From positions 32,001-96,000 of the forward strand of contig CAVWFS010000005.1 in the NCBI GenBank assembly GCA_963754315.1: 64,000 nt of DNA. The letters are read 5' to 3'. Positions 34,644 to 44,006 of this stretch are shown piece by piece (position 1 is the first letter of the stretch; each line of letters opens with the position of its first letter). The stretch is from an uncultured Candidatus Rokubacteria bacterium. Its GTDB lineage: Bacteria; Methylomirabilota; Methylomirabilia; Rokubacteriales; CSP1-6. Position numbers and translations under genes: made by a program. Under the pieces are notes generated by a model, which was not told the DNA's origin, searched no databases, and was given only the letters and a program-made list of their open reading frames with translations.

Positions 34644-35018
34644 ATGGCGGCCACTCCCGCTCCACCACGGTGCCCGGCTCCGAAACCGTTGGTGGGTCCC
34701 TGTGACCGCTATGTCTATCCAGGCGAGAAGTTCTGCCCTCTCCATACCAACGTTGATCAATCGAGAGTCTGTGGTGCCCCGGTCGGCTCCCGTGGAATGG
34801 CCAAACCGCCCTGCCGAAGCTGGCCGGTGGTGGGACGGCCAACCTGCTATCTCCACCTTGTGCCACCCTCCGACCACCCGATACGGAAGACGCTCACCGG
34901 CCGGGTCAGCGAGAGTGTGACGCACGTGGATACCATGCGGGCGGTGATCCGGCATGCGGACCAAGCCGCCCTGGCCTACTTGCTCAACCTGGTGGCGGGG
35001 AGGTTGCGCGGGCGCTGA
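34644..35018 (+). CDS. protein with two CCCH-type zinc-binding motifs
   Basis: C-x9-C-x10-C-x2-H and C-x13-C-x10-C-x2-H, then a helical C-terminus. Confidence 0.6.
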   Translation: MAATPAPPRCPAPKPLVGPCDRYVYPGEKFCPLHTNVDQSRVCGAPVGSRGMAKPPCRSWPVVGRPTCYLHLVPPSDHPIRKTLTGRVSESVTHVDTMRAVIRHADQAALAYLLNLVAGRLRGR

Positions 35019-35025
35019 CACTGAA

Positions 35026-35051
35026 ACGCCCCGGGCCGATTCCCGGGGCGT
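35026..35051. terminator. hairpin between convergent genes
   Basis: ACGCCCCGGG-ccgatt-CCCGGGGCGT; short T run on the minus strand. Confidence 0.55.
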
Positions 35052-35083
35052 CGCCTGGAAGGGATAGCCGGACTCGATCGGGG

Positions 35084-35548
35084 TTACTTCACGAACTGCT
35101 TCGCCCGAGCGATCTTCCGGAGAGCGGAGTCGACGGCGTCTTGCAACCGCTGGAGTAGATCGGGGAATAGCTCAAGCGCGTTAATTCGCTGTGCACGGGG
35201 GGCGCCCAAGAGCGACCAGGAGTCGCCAATCCGGATCAGTTCGGCACCCGTTCGCCGGTCAGGATCCTTGTATTGCCAAGTGGTGCGACGCACCATCAGT
35301 TGCCACGATCCACCCTCCTTTGCGAATCCGAGTTGCTCATCGTAGGTGCCACGCTCCACCATGGGCTGGTCGTCTTCGTCAAGACCGTGGTCGTCTTCCC
35401 ACAGTTCTTCGGAGAGCGGTTTGTGTTCTACCCACACCTCGAGCCCTGCATTGAGGCCGCGAAGCTGCCCCTCGAATCGACTAATGAGGTCGTTCAGGGA
35501 ATCAGACTCAGCATTGAGGGTTTCGGCGCTGGTGGCGAGCTTGGACAA
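35084..35548 (-). CDS. hypothetical protein divergent from the XRE gene
   Basis: 154 aa ORF with plausible composition; sigma70-like promoter upstream. Confidence 0.7.
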   Translation of the reverse strand: MSKLATSAETLNAESDSLNDLISRFEGQLRGLNAGLEVWVEHKPLSEELWEDDHGLDEDDQPMVERGTYDEQLGFAKEGGSWQLMVRRTTWQYKDPDRRTGAELIRIGDSWSLLGAPRAQRINALELFPDLLQRLQDAVDSALRKIARAKQFVK

Positions 35549-35647
35549 CAGGCGGAGAATTCGACTTCCGTCATGGCGTCAGCCTTCCCGGCCTTCCGGC
35601 CTTCCCCTTCCGGGGCGTGGTTCACAGCAGCCTTTCCAGGCCCCGCC

Positions 35648-35715
35648 AGCATAGGGCGTGACAGCGGAGCCTGTCAAGCTTGCAATTGTGTATCTCTGTC
35701 AGCTATAATTTAGCT
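35648..35715. promoter_or_regulatory. divergent sigma70-type promoters with palindromic operators
   Basis: Plus strand TTGCAA (35680)-18 bp-TATAAT (35704); minus strand TTGACA (35677-35672)-18 bp-TATGCT; palindromes TGACAG-N6-CTGTCA (35659-35676) and AGCTA-N5-TAGCT (35701-35715). Confidence 0.7.
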
Positions 35716-35717
35716 CT

Positions 35718-35912
35718 ATGAAACTTGGACCATCACTCCGACGTTGGCGCCGTCGTCGTGGATTGACCCAAGTGCAAGTCGCACAGCGAGCCCGGATCTC
35801 GCAAGGCTTCCTCTCAGAACTCGAGACCGGAACCAAGACCGTGGTGACGTTGCCGGTGGCTGTACGTCTTGCGAAGGCGCTCGGAGTCGAACTCGGCGAG
35901 TTGGTGAGATAG
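35718..35912 (+). CDS. XRE/Cro-C1 family HTH regulator
   Basis: LRRWRRRRGLTQVQVAQRARISQGFLSELETG...LAKALGV. Confidence 0.93.
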   Translation: MKLGPSLRRWRRRRGLTQVQVAQRARISQGFLSELETGTKTVVTLPVAVRLAKALGVELGELVR

Positions 35913-36011
35913 ACAACGCCCCGGGTTGACCAGACCCGGGGCGCACGAACACAGGAGACCTCAGACCAGGCCGATGCTAGCACGGACGGCCGGACAGGAG
36001 ACCCCACGGAC

Positions 36012-37151
36012 ATGGGCATGCTGTATCGACGATCCCGTTCTCCCTACTGGTGGATCAAGTACTACGTCAACGGTGCGCCGAAGTACGAGAGCACCGGCAC
36101 GAGCAAGGAGCGTGACGCCAAGGAACTCCTCAAGCGGCGGGAAGGCACGGCCTCCGAAGGCAAGCCCGTGGTGCCGCGCCTGGACAAGATCCGCTACGAG
36201 GAAGTGCGAGCGGACCTGCTCGCCCACTACGAGGCGAGCGGATCCCGGGATCTCACCGAGGCTGGCTACCGGCTTGCCCACCTTGACCCGATGTTCCGGG
36301 GCCGGCGCATTGCCACGCTGGGGCCAACAGATGCCACCCGCTACACCGTCGCGCGGCGCAACGAGGGTGCCGCCGACGGCACCATTCGCAAGGAGCTCTC
36401 GACCCTGACCACCATGCTCAACTTGGCCGCCGAGCAGGGCAAGCTCTGGCGGGTGCCCAAGCTCCGCAAGCCGCCCGAGGGCAAGCCCCGGCAAGGGTTC
36501 TTGGAGCCGGACCAGTTCACTGCGGTGGCGAGACACCTGCCTCCGGACCTCCGGGTGGCCGCCACCATCGGCTACGTGCTCGGGTGGCGCTGCCAGTCCG
36601 AAGTGATGACGCTCGAACGTCGCCACCTGGACCTCGAAGCGCAGGTGCTGCGACTCGATCCGGAGACGAAGACCGACGCAGGGCGCGTCGTGTTCCTCCC
36701 AGACGAACTCCAGGAGCTGCTCGCCGAGCAGGTGGCCAGAGTCGACACGCTCCAGAAGGCACTCGGCCGGATCATCCCGTGGTTGTTCCCGCACTCGACG
36801 AGCAGACGCTTCCATCAGCCCGGCGATCGGCGGTGCGACTACAAGCGGGCCTGGCAGACGGCGTGTCGCAAAGCGGGTGTGGCCGGCCGGCTCAAGCATG
36901 ATATGCGGCGCTCGGCCGTCAAGAACATGGTGACCCGCGACGGCATTCCCGAGCGGGTGGCCATGCAGATCACCGGGCACAAGACCCGTCGGGTGTTCGA
37001 CGCCTACCACATCGTGAGTCCTGGGGATTTGCAGGAGGCGGCCCGCAAGATGCGCCCGGTGTCACCCCGCACGGTGACACCAGCGGTGACACTGGAGCCT
37101 CTTTCGGGGAGTCGAAGCCAGAAGGCGTCACGGAAGTTTGCGAATTCATAG
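36012..37151 (+). CDS. tyrosine recombinase/integrase
   Basis: N-terminal arm-binding-like WWIKYYVNG; catalytic R (GWRC), K (ETKT), HDMRR, GHK, Y (FDAY). Confidence 0.95.
   Translation: MGMLYRRSRSPYWWIKYYVNGAPKYESTGTSKERDAKELLKRREGTASEGKPVVPRLDKIRYEEVRADLLAHYEASGSRDLTEAGYRLAHLDPMFRGRRIATLGPTDATRYTVARRNEGAADGTIRKELSTLTTMLNLAAEQGKLWRVPKLRKPPEGKPRQGFLEPDQFTAVARHLPPDLRVAATIGYVLGWRCQSEVMTLERRHLDLEAQVLRLDPETKTDAGRVVFLPDELQELLAEQVARVDTLQKALGRIIPWLFPHSTSRRFHQPGDRRCDYKRAWQTACRKAGVAGRLKHDMRRSAVKNMVTRDGIPERVAMQITGHKTRRVFDAYHIVSPGDLQEAARKMRPVSPRTVTPAVTLEPLSGSRSQKASRKFANS
37058..37095 (+). repeat. right-end GTGACAC repeats (putative arm-type sites)
   Basis: Inverted GGTGTCACC at 37058; direct GTGACAC at 37074 and 37086 (12 bp period). 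Confidence 0.7.
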
Positions 37152-37309
37152 GGGAACGATCCCGGACCCAACCTGGTGACCCCTGCCATGGACAGGCGTC
37201 AAGATGTCACGGGCAGCCGCGATGGTGGCCGCCGGCGCCTGTTCTTACACGCCCTCGGCCATGAGGAGGTTCGTTCGGCTCGCCTTCACACCTCGCCGGC
37301 CGCCACCGC

Positions 37310-38505
37310 TCAGACCACGTGGTCGCGCCGGAGCGCCGCCAGGTCGGACCCGGAGTATCCCAGCGCGGCCAACACGTCGGCGGTGTGCTGGCCGAGCTTC
37401 GGCGCGACGGCCCGGACCGCGACCTCACCCGCGGACATCCTGATCGGCGTCCGGATATGCGCCACGCGGCCCAGCTCCGGATCGTCGGCCTGGACAACCA
37501 GCTCGCGGTGCACGACCTGGGGGTCGGCGAAGAGCTGGGCATAGGTGTACACGGGCCCGCACGGCACTCCGGCGTCGTCGAGCACCTTCACCCAGTGCTC
37601 GGAGCGCTCGGTAACGAGGAGAGCCTCCATCTCGCGCTCGAGCGCGGAGCGGTTCCGCATCCGGTCCCGCCCGGTGCGAAAGCGCGGGTCCTCGAGCCAC
37701 GCGGGCCGGCCCAGCGCGCGGGCGCAGCGCTCCCAGATGTGCTGGCCGGCGGCGCCGATCATGATGAACCCGTCGCCGGTAGCGAAGCGCTGGTACGGCG
37801 CGTTCTGGCGGTGGCGTGAGCCCTGGCGGGTCGGTTCCTGGCGGTCGGCGAGCCAGCCCGCGCTCGTCCACGAGCTGAAACCGATCGCCGTCTCCAGCAG
37901 CGAACACTCCACGCGCTGGCCCTGGCCGGTGCGCTGGCGCTCGTAGAGCGCGGCGAGGATGCCCTGCACCCCCCACATGCCGGTGCCGAGGTCGCAGATC
38001 GGCAGCCCGACAGACATCGGCGGCCCATCCGGCTCGCCGTTGACGGTCATGATGCCACCCATGCCCTGCGCGATCAGGTCGAAGCCCCCCTTGTCACGGT
38101 AGGGGCCATCGTAGCCGTAGCCGGAGAGCTGCGCGTAGATCAGGCGCGGGTTCTGGGCGCGGAGCACCTCGTAGCCCGGCCGGCGCGCTCCATGACCGTG
38201 GGTCGATAATTCTCCACGAGGACGTCGGCGCGCTCGATCAGGGCAAGGAACACCTCGCGGCCGCGCGCGGCCTTGTAGTCGAGGGTGACGCTCTTCTTGT
38301 TGCGGTTGATGTAGCGGAAGTATGGGTTGCGCTCGCTGCCGTCGCCCATGGCGCGGGAGGAGTCGCCCTTGCCCGGCCGCTCGACCTTGATCACCTCTGC
38401 GCCCATGTCGGCGAGGATCATCGTGCAGAACGGGCCGGCCATGTGCTCGGTGAGGTCGACGATGCGCAGGCCGGTCAGCGGTCCGGGCCGAGCATCGGCA
38501 CTCAT
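37310..38505 (-). CDS. CaiB/BaiF family III CoA transferase (frameshift near 38180)
   Basis: GPLTGLRIVDL..MAGPFCTMILADMGAEVIKVE, NRNKKS, DVLVENYRP, GFDLIAQG, APKLGQHT. Confidence 0.93.
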
Positions 38506-38585
38506 GACGGCCGCGATCATAGCATCCCCATTGCGGGGCCCGCCATGTCTCGCCGGATCGAGTTGTCCGAGCGCGTGCGCCCCGG

Positions 38586-38711
38586 CTATGCCCCGTCGTG
38601 CAGGTAACAGGCGACGTGGTGGTCCGTCGCCAGCCGGATGGAAATGGGCACCGCCTCGGCGCAGCGAGGCATCGCGTAGCGGCACCGCGTGCGGAAGCGG
38701 CAGCCGGAGGG
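38586..38711 (-). pseudogene. orphan 3' end of an OppF-like ABC ATPase, diverged duplicate of 6654..6782
   Basis: [19 protein letters not shown]...[15 protein letters not shown] similarity continues about 20 nt past the stop codon. Confidence 0.8.
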
Positions 38712-38712
38712 T

Positions 38713-38812
38713 GTCAGGGCCCGTGGTCTTCACGAGCAGTTGCCACTGGCCCTCGGCAAGGCGTCGACACTCGATGGTCGCGGCGTCCGGATCCGCGATC
38801 CAGTTCCCGCCC
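38713..38812 (-). pseudogene. possible Uma2-family endonuclease fragment
   Basis: WIADPDAATIECRRLAEGQWQL resembles the WIVDP..RTIE.YRL motif. Confidence 0.4.
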
Positions 38813-38940
38813 TTTATCATGCGCGGCGGCAGGATGAATGCGAGGTCTCCGGGGACGGCCGGGGCACGGTCGGGTGGCGAGGGGGAGCCAGCATTCAAGA
38901 GTGATATGGCTCGTCTCCGCACCCCGGTAATAATGGACCG

Positions 38941-39390
38941 GTGAACGCGAAGCTACGGGTGACGTCGGACGTCCAGGAACTTGCGGTCCGGATCGGACAA
39001 GCGCTTCCCGAAGCCGCGTGCGGCGGCCTTGTCTCCGTGTATCTGTTCGGGAGCCATACGGAGGGGCGTGCCCATCGCGAGAGTGATGTCGACGTGGCCA
39101 TTCTCTTGCGCTACGATGCCTACCCGAGCGCGCGGGAGCGCTTCGAGAAGCGCCTGCGGTTGTCAGGGATCCTGCAGGCGGCGCTGCAGACGCAAGCGAT
39201 CGACGTCGTGGTGCTCAACGACGCGCCCCCTCACTTCGGCCGGCGGATCGTGACCACCGGCCTTCGACTTTGCTGCACGGATCTCGAGGCTGACCACGCC
39301 TTCGTGCGAGATGTTCAGCTCCGCGCGGCAGACCTCGAGCCGTTCCTGCGCCGGATGCGACGGCTCGAGCTCGACGCTCTCGAGCGGTGA
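38941..39390 (+). CDS. MntA-like minimal nucleotidyltransferase antitoxin
   Basis: YLFGSHTEGRAHRESDVDVAI (GS-x10-DxD); IDVVVLNDAP. Confidence 0.9.
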   Translation: MNAKLRVTSDVQELAVRIGQALPEAACGGLVSVYLFGSHTEGRAHRESDVDVAILLRYDAYPSARERFEKRLRLSGILQAALQTQAIDVVVLNDAPPHFGRRIVTTGLRLCCTDLEADHAFVRDVQLRAADLEPFLRRMRRLELDALER

Positions 39391-39832
39391 CGTACCTGGC
39401 CGAGCGGCTGGTCAGCTCCGGCGCCACCTTGATCATCTCCGCGAGCTCGACCCGCGTGGGGAATCGGGACGCCCTCGATCGGACTGTCCCTTCACAACGA
39501 CGTGCTGTTCTCGCTGTTCACGGTGTGCCAGCTCGTGATCGACATCGCGGGCGAGCTGTCCGCCCGCCGGGGGGAACGGTTCGAGGACTATACGGAGGCG
39601 GTGAGGAACCTCGCGCGCGACCCTCGCTTCCCCGCCCGAGCTGGTCGGACAGCTCGGGCGGCTGCCGGGGTTCCGGAACGTGATCGTCCACGAGTACGTC
39701 GGCCTGGACCTGGAGCGCGTCGTGGCCGCCCTCAACGACCTCGAACCGGTCGAGCGTTTCGCGGCGATCGTCAGCGATAGTCACCCGAATCATCAGAAAG
39801 ATCCCGGTCGAAGTCTCGCTCGACATCCCTGA
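39387..39832 (+). CDS. HepT-like HEPN RNase toxin (DUF86), frameshifted
   Basis: GTGA overlap with the antitoxin; Q.VIDIA; GFRNVIVHEY (R-x4-H). Confidence 0.85.
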
Positions 39833-39945
39833 CGGAAGGCACCCTCTCTTGACACGGTCTCCGGCGAGCGCGATTCTGGCGCGCGGCGAGGGGCCGCCGG
39901 GCCCGGACCTCCCACACCCCATCCCAGCCCGGAGGAGGGGTCCTC

Positions 39946-41541
39946 ATGGCGATGCGCGATTCAAGATCGCCGGGGCGGATCGGTGTCCTGCTGCTCGTGT
40001 CTTGGCGGTCGGGACCGCTCCCGCGTCACCGCGCCTCGAGACCGCGACCCCGATCAAGTACCTGGTGGTCATCTTCCAGGAGAATCACTCGTTCGATGCG
40101 TACTTCGCCACCTACCCCGTGGCCGTCAACCCGCCCGGGCAACCTGCCTTTCACGCGCGCCCGGGCACCCCGTCGGTGAACGGGCTCACCCCGACCCTGC
40201 TCGAGCGGAATCCGAACTCATCGAATCCGTTCCGCATCGATCGGACTGCAGGCGTTCACCTGCGACCAGGACCACGAGTACACGGCCGAGCAGCGCGCGC
40301 GCAACGGCGGCCTCATGGACCAGTTCCCCGCTTCGACGCTCAGGGCCCGACCAACCCCCGTCAGTTCTGTCACACGGGGAGCGACGGACGGTGGGACACG
40401 GTGATGGGGTACTTCGACGGCAACACCGTCACCGCGCTCTGGAACTACGCCCAGCACTTCGCCCTCTCCGACAACAGCTTCGCCACCATGTCGGGCCAGT
40501 CCACGCGCGGCGCGCTGAACCTGACCGCCGGCGACACCTACGGGGTCCTGTGCGGGCCGCCGGACGCCGTCTTCGGGGACGTCCCCGAGTGCGGCCCCCC
40601 GGTGTCGTCCACGAGCACGCCCGCGCCGACCAACGGGCAGCTCGGGACCTTCGTCGACGACACCGATCCCTACTGGGACGTCTGCTCGGAGGGCAGCACG
40701 GCCGCGCATGACCGGCCGGAACATCGGTGATCTGCTCACCGCGGCGGGGGTGACCTGGGGCTGGTTCCAGGGAGGATTCACGCGCACACGCGATGGCGGC
40801 TGCTCGAGCAGCCATCCGCTCGAGGCCTTCGACCGCGCGGTCGGGGTCGATCCCGCCACCGACCCCCTGCGGATTCCCGACTACGTGCCGCATCACAATC
40901 CCTTCCAGTACTTTGCCTCCACCGCGAACCCGCTCCATCTGCCGCCGACGTCGGTGGCCATGGTCGGCAAGACCGATCAGGCGAACCACCTCTACGATCT
41001 CAGCTGGTTCTGGAGGGCCGCGCGCGCCGGCCATCTGCCGGCGGTCTCGTTCCTCAAGGCGCCGGCCTACCAGAACGGACACCCGGGCAACTCCGATCCC
41101 CTCGACGAGCAGGTCTTCCTGGTCACCGTCCTGAACTTGGCTCCAGCAGCTCCCCGAGTGGCGCCACATGGCGGTGATCATCGCCTGGGACGACTCGGAC
41201 GGCTGGTACGACCACGTGATGCCGCCCATCGTCAACCAGTCGAACACGCCGCTCGACTTCCTGTGCGGGAGCCGGACTGATGGGCCAGGGGCCCGCTGCG
41301 GCTACGGGCCGCGGCTGCCGCTCCTGGTGATCTCGCCCTACGCCAAGGAGAACTACGTGAGCCACGCGCTCACCGACCAGACGTCGATCCTGCGCTTCAT
41401 CGAGGACAACTGGCTCGGTGGGAAGCGCATCAGTCCGATCTCGTTCGACAACATCGCCGGCTCGCTGGACGACATGTTCGACTTCAGCCCGGCGCCAACA
41501 TGCGCCGGCTCCGGCTCGATCCCGCGACGGGCCTGCCCTAG
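39946..41541 (+). CDS. phospholipase C / phosphoesterase family protein, frameshifted
   Basis: IKYLVVIFQENHSFDAYF, MGYFDG...LWNYAQHFALSDN, HHNPFQY, DDSDGWYDHV, GPRLPLLVISP. Confidence 0.9.
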
Positions 41542-41589
41542 AGCCGCCGGGCAGAGGTGCGTCGCCAGCTGATCATGCGACGCCCCTTG

Positions 41590-42442
41590 CCCGGTCGCCC
41601 GGGCAGCCCCACTCGCGTGACAAGCTGGCAGCGCTTCTCTGGGGTGAACGATCCCAATCCTTGGCGCGCAGCCCCCTGCGAGAGACCCTCTTTGCTCTCC
41701 GCCGAGCTTTGGCCCCTGCCGACCCCCGTGCCTGGCGCTCACCGGCGAGACCCTGGCCCTCAATGCGGAGTCGGTCGAGGTCGATATCCTGGCTTTCGAA
41801 CGACTGGCGAGGGCGGGTGACGCGGCCGCGCTGGCGCAGGCGACGGAGCTCTATCGCGGTGATTTCCTGGCCGGTTTCGCCTTCCGCGGGACGCTCTTCG
41901 AAGATTGGCTCATGGCCGAGCGCGAGCGGCTGCGGGAACTGGCGCTCGAGACCCTGGCCAAGCTCCTCGCGGAGCAGCGTAGAGCGGGAGACGCCGAGGG
42001 TGCCCTCCGGACGGCGGGGCGGCTGATTGCACTCGACCCGCTCCAGGAGCCCGTTCACCGCAGCCTCATGCGTCTGTACAGCGAGCTTGGACGCCGCGGC
42101 ACTGCGCTGCAGCAATATCAGCAGTGCGAAAGAATCCTGAGGCGCGAGCTTGGAGTAGAGCCGGAAGAGGAGACGGTGTGGCCGCCGTCCGCGCGAATCC
42201 GAGCACTGTTCGCCGAGGCCAAGCGGCACCTCGACCGGGCGCTCGCCCTCGCCCACAAACACGGAAGGCGCCCGCTGTTGGCGCGGTGTCACCTCGACCT
42301 GGCCGAGCTGGAACGCGAGGCCGGGCGACGCGAGGACGCCCTGGAGCACATTTGCCATGCGACGACGATGTTCGCTGAGATGGGCATGCGCTTCTGGCTG
42401 GAGCAGGCTGAGGCCGAGCGTCTGCACCTCGACCCGGTGTGA
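41590..42442 (+). pseudogene. truncated BTAD/SARP-type regulator fused to a TPR C-terminal tail
   Basis: PGQPHSRDKLAALLW, LYRGDFL, FEDWL..ERERL, DPLQEPVHR.LMRLY, ELGVEP, then directly ...FAEMGMRFWLEQAEAE; N-terminus and the usual central ATPase are absent. Confidence 0.7.
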
Positions 42443-43018
42443 CGCTGCGAGCGAAGGCAACCCTTCCCGCCGTCCTACCGGTCGCCGTCCCCCGTCTTCG
42501 ACCGATGCAGCAACAGCCGGCGGCGCGGGAAGAGCAGCTGATTCCTCGGGCGGTTCGTCAGCCTCCTCGGAGCGGATGACGTCCGCGGTGACGCCACCGC
42601 CACGGGGGGACCATCAGAGACATCGTGGCCGCGTGCTGACGGGATCCTCGAAGCCGCTCGTGCCAGACGGGAACATCGACAGGTCAAGGTCGCCGATTTC
42701 GTCGTCAGGTCTGAGCGCCTGTGGTCATGACGGGGAGCCGTGAAGCGTCGCCGCCGGCCTCTGATGACGACGTAGCGGACTCCGTCGGCTCGAGAGCCGC
42801 GATGATCTGGCGGCAGAGCTAGTCTCGCCCACCCGTGGCCAGACCCTCGATGGGCCTCTGGCCGAGGCGACGAAGGCGACCCAATTCATCATCCAGGCGC
42901 TCGTCGGCGTAAAACTCAGGCATTCTTCGAGGAGACTGACATCGGTTGGTCCTCGGGGTCTTCGATCTGTCGACGCAAAGCGTTCCGAACCGCGGTCGCG
43001 TCGGCGCGGGAACCTGGG

Positions 43019-44005
43019 TCACAATGCGAGTGTACTGCGCGGCCGCGCCGCGACGATCTCGAAGGCCTCGATCCCTTCCGCCAGGCCTTTCACCGCCACC
43101 TGCCCTACGGGCCTGGCGGTGATGGCGTGCTCGGCTAGTTGCAGCGTGTCTCGGGTGATCAAGATCGTGCCAGGGCGCGCCAGCTGCTCCATGCGGGCGG
43201 CGACGTGGGTGGCCTGCCCCACCGCCGTGTAGTCCTGCCCGACGTCGCTCTCGATGGCGCGCACCATGACCTCGCCCGAGTTCAGCCCGACTCTGATCTC
43301 GACATCGGTGCCGCGATGGCGCCGCAGCACGGCAGCGTAGCGACGCACCGCCGCCTGCATCCGGAGGGCAGCCAGACAGCCCTGCGCGGCGTGGTCGGGG
43401 CACGGAAGCGGGGCACCGAACAGCGCCATGATGCCGTCGCCCATCACCTGGTTCACGGTGCCCCCCTCATGGTGGACAGCCTCCATCATTCGCTCCAACA
43501 CGCCGTCCAGGATCAGCCGCGCGTCCTCGAGCTCGCGACCGGCCAGAAGCTCGAGAGACCCGCGCAAGTCGGCGAAGAGCACCGTGAGAAACACGCGTTC
43601 GCCCTCGACGAGGGCGGGCGCGGCCAGCGCGCGCAGGCGGCGAGCTTGCTCATCGAGTGAGCGCTCGATACGCCGCAGGAGCCCTTCGGGATCGTTGCCC
43701 TTCTCGAAGTAGTCCACGGCGCCCAGCTGCATCGCCTCCTTGGCCGACTCCCAGCTGGCGTAGGCCGTGAGCAGGATGACATCCGCTTCGGGGCAGTGCG
43801 TCTTGGCCGCCCGGAGCACATCGAGCCCGACTCCGTCCGCCATCCGCAGATCAGTGAGGACGAGGTCGGGCGGATCGCTGGCGAGAATGCGCACGGCCGC
43901 GGTCACCCCATCGGCCTCGCGCACTCGATGGCCCCGCTTGCGGAGCAGGAGCGCCATCGTCTCGCGCGGGGAGGGCTCGTCGTCGACCACGAGAATCGTC
44001 GTCAT
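43019..44005 (-). CDS. response regulator receiver + class III adenylate/guanylate cyclase
   Basis: ILVVDDE...TDLRM; TVLFADL.GS, NQVMGDGIMALFGAP, RVGLNSGEV, G..THVAARMEQ. Confidence 0.92.
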   Translation of the reverse strand: MTTILVVDDEPSPRETMALLLRKRGHRVREADGVTAAVRILASDPPDLVLTDLRMADGVGLDVLRAAKTHCPEADVILLTAYASWESAKEAMQLGAVDYFEKGNDPEGLLRRIERSLDEQARRLRALAAPALVEGERVFLTVLFADLRGSLELLAGRELEDARLILDGVLERMMEAVHHEGGTVNQVMGDGIMALFGAPLPCPDHAAQGCLAALRMQAAVRRYAAVLRRHRGTDVEIRVGLNSGEVMVRAIESDVGQDYTAVGQATHVAARMEQLARPGTILITRDTLQLAEHAITARPVGQVAVKGLAEGIEAFEIVAARPRSTLAL

Positions 44006-44006
44006 G

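Larger units (their letters stand above)
26290..37151. mobile_element. integrated phage-satellite-like element (~10.9 kb) with integrase, XRE, SSB-like, primase-polymerase/helicase, Xis-like HTH and major capsid; boundaries approximate
   Basis: Gene content listed below; paired GTGACAC repeats at both ends; flanked by ordinary host genes. Confidence 0.85.

Noticed and set aside
26290..37151. Complete prophage or conjugative element
   Set aside because: No portal, large terminase, tail, lysis, relaxase or T4SS genes, and the element is too small.
42443..43018. Short ORFs or an ncRNA in this intergenic stretch
   Set aside because: No recognisable motif, RBS-supported ORF or convincing structure.
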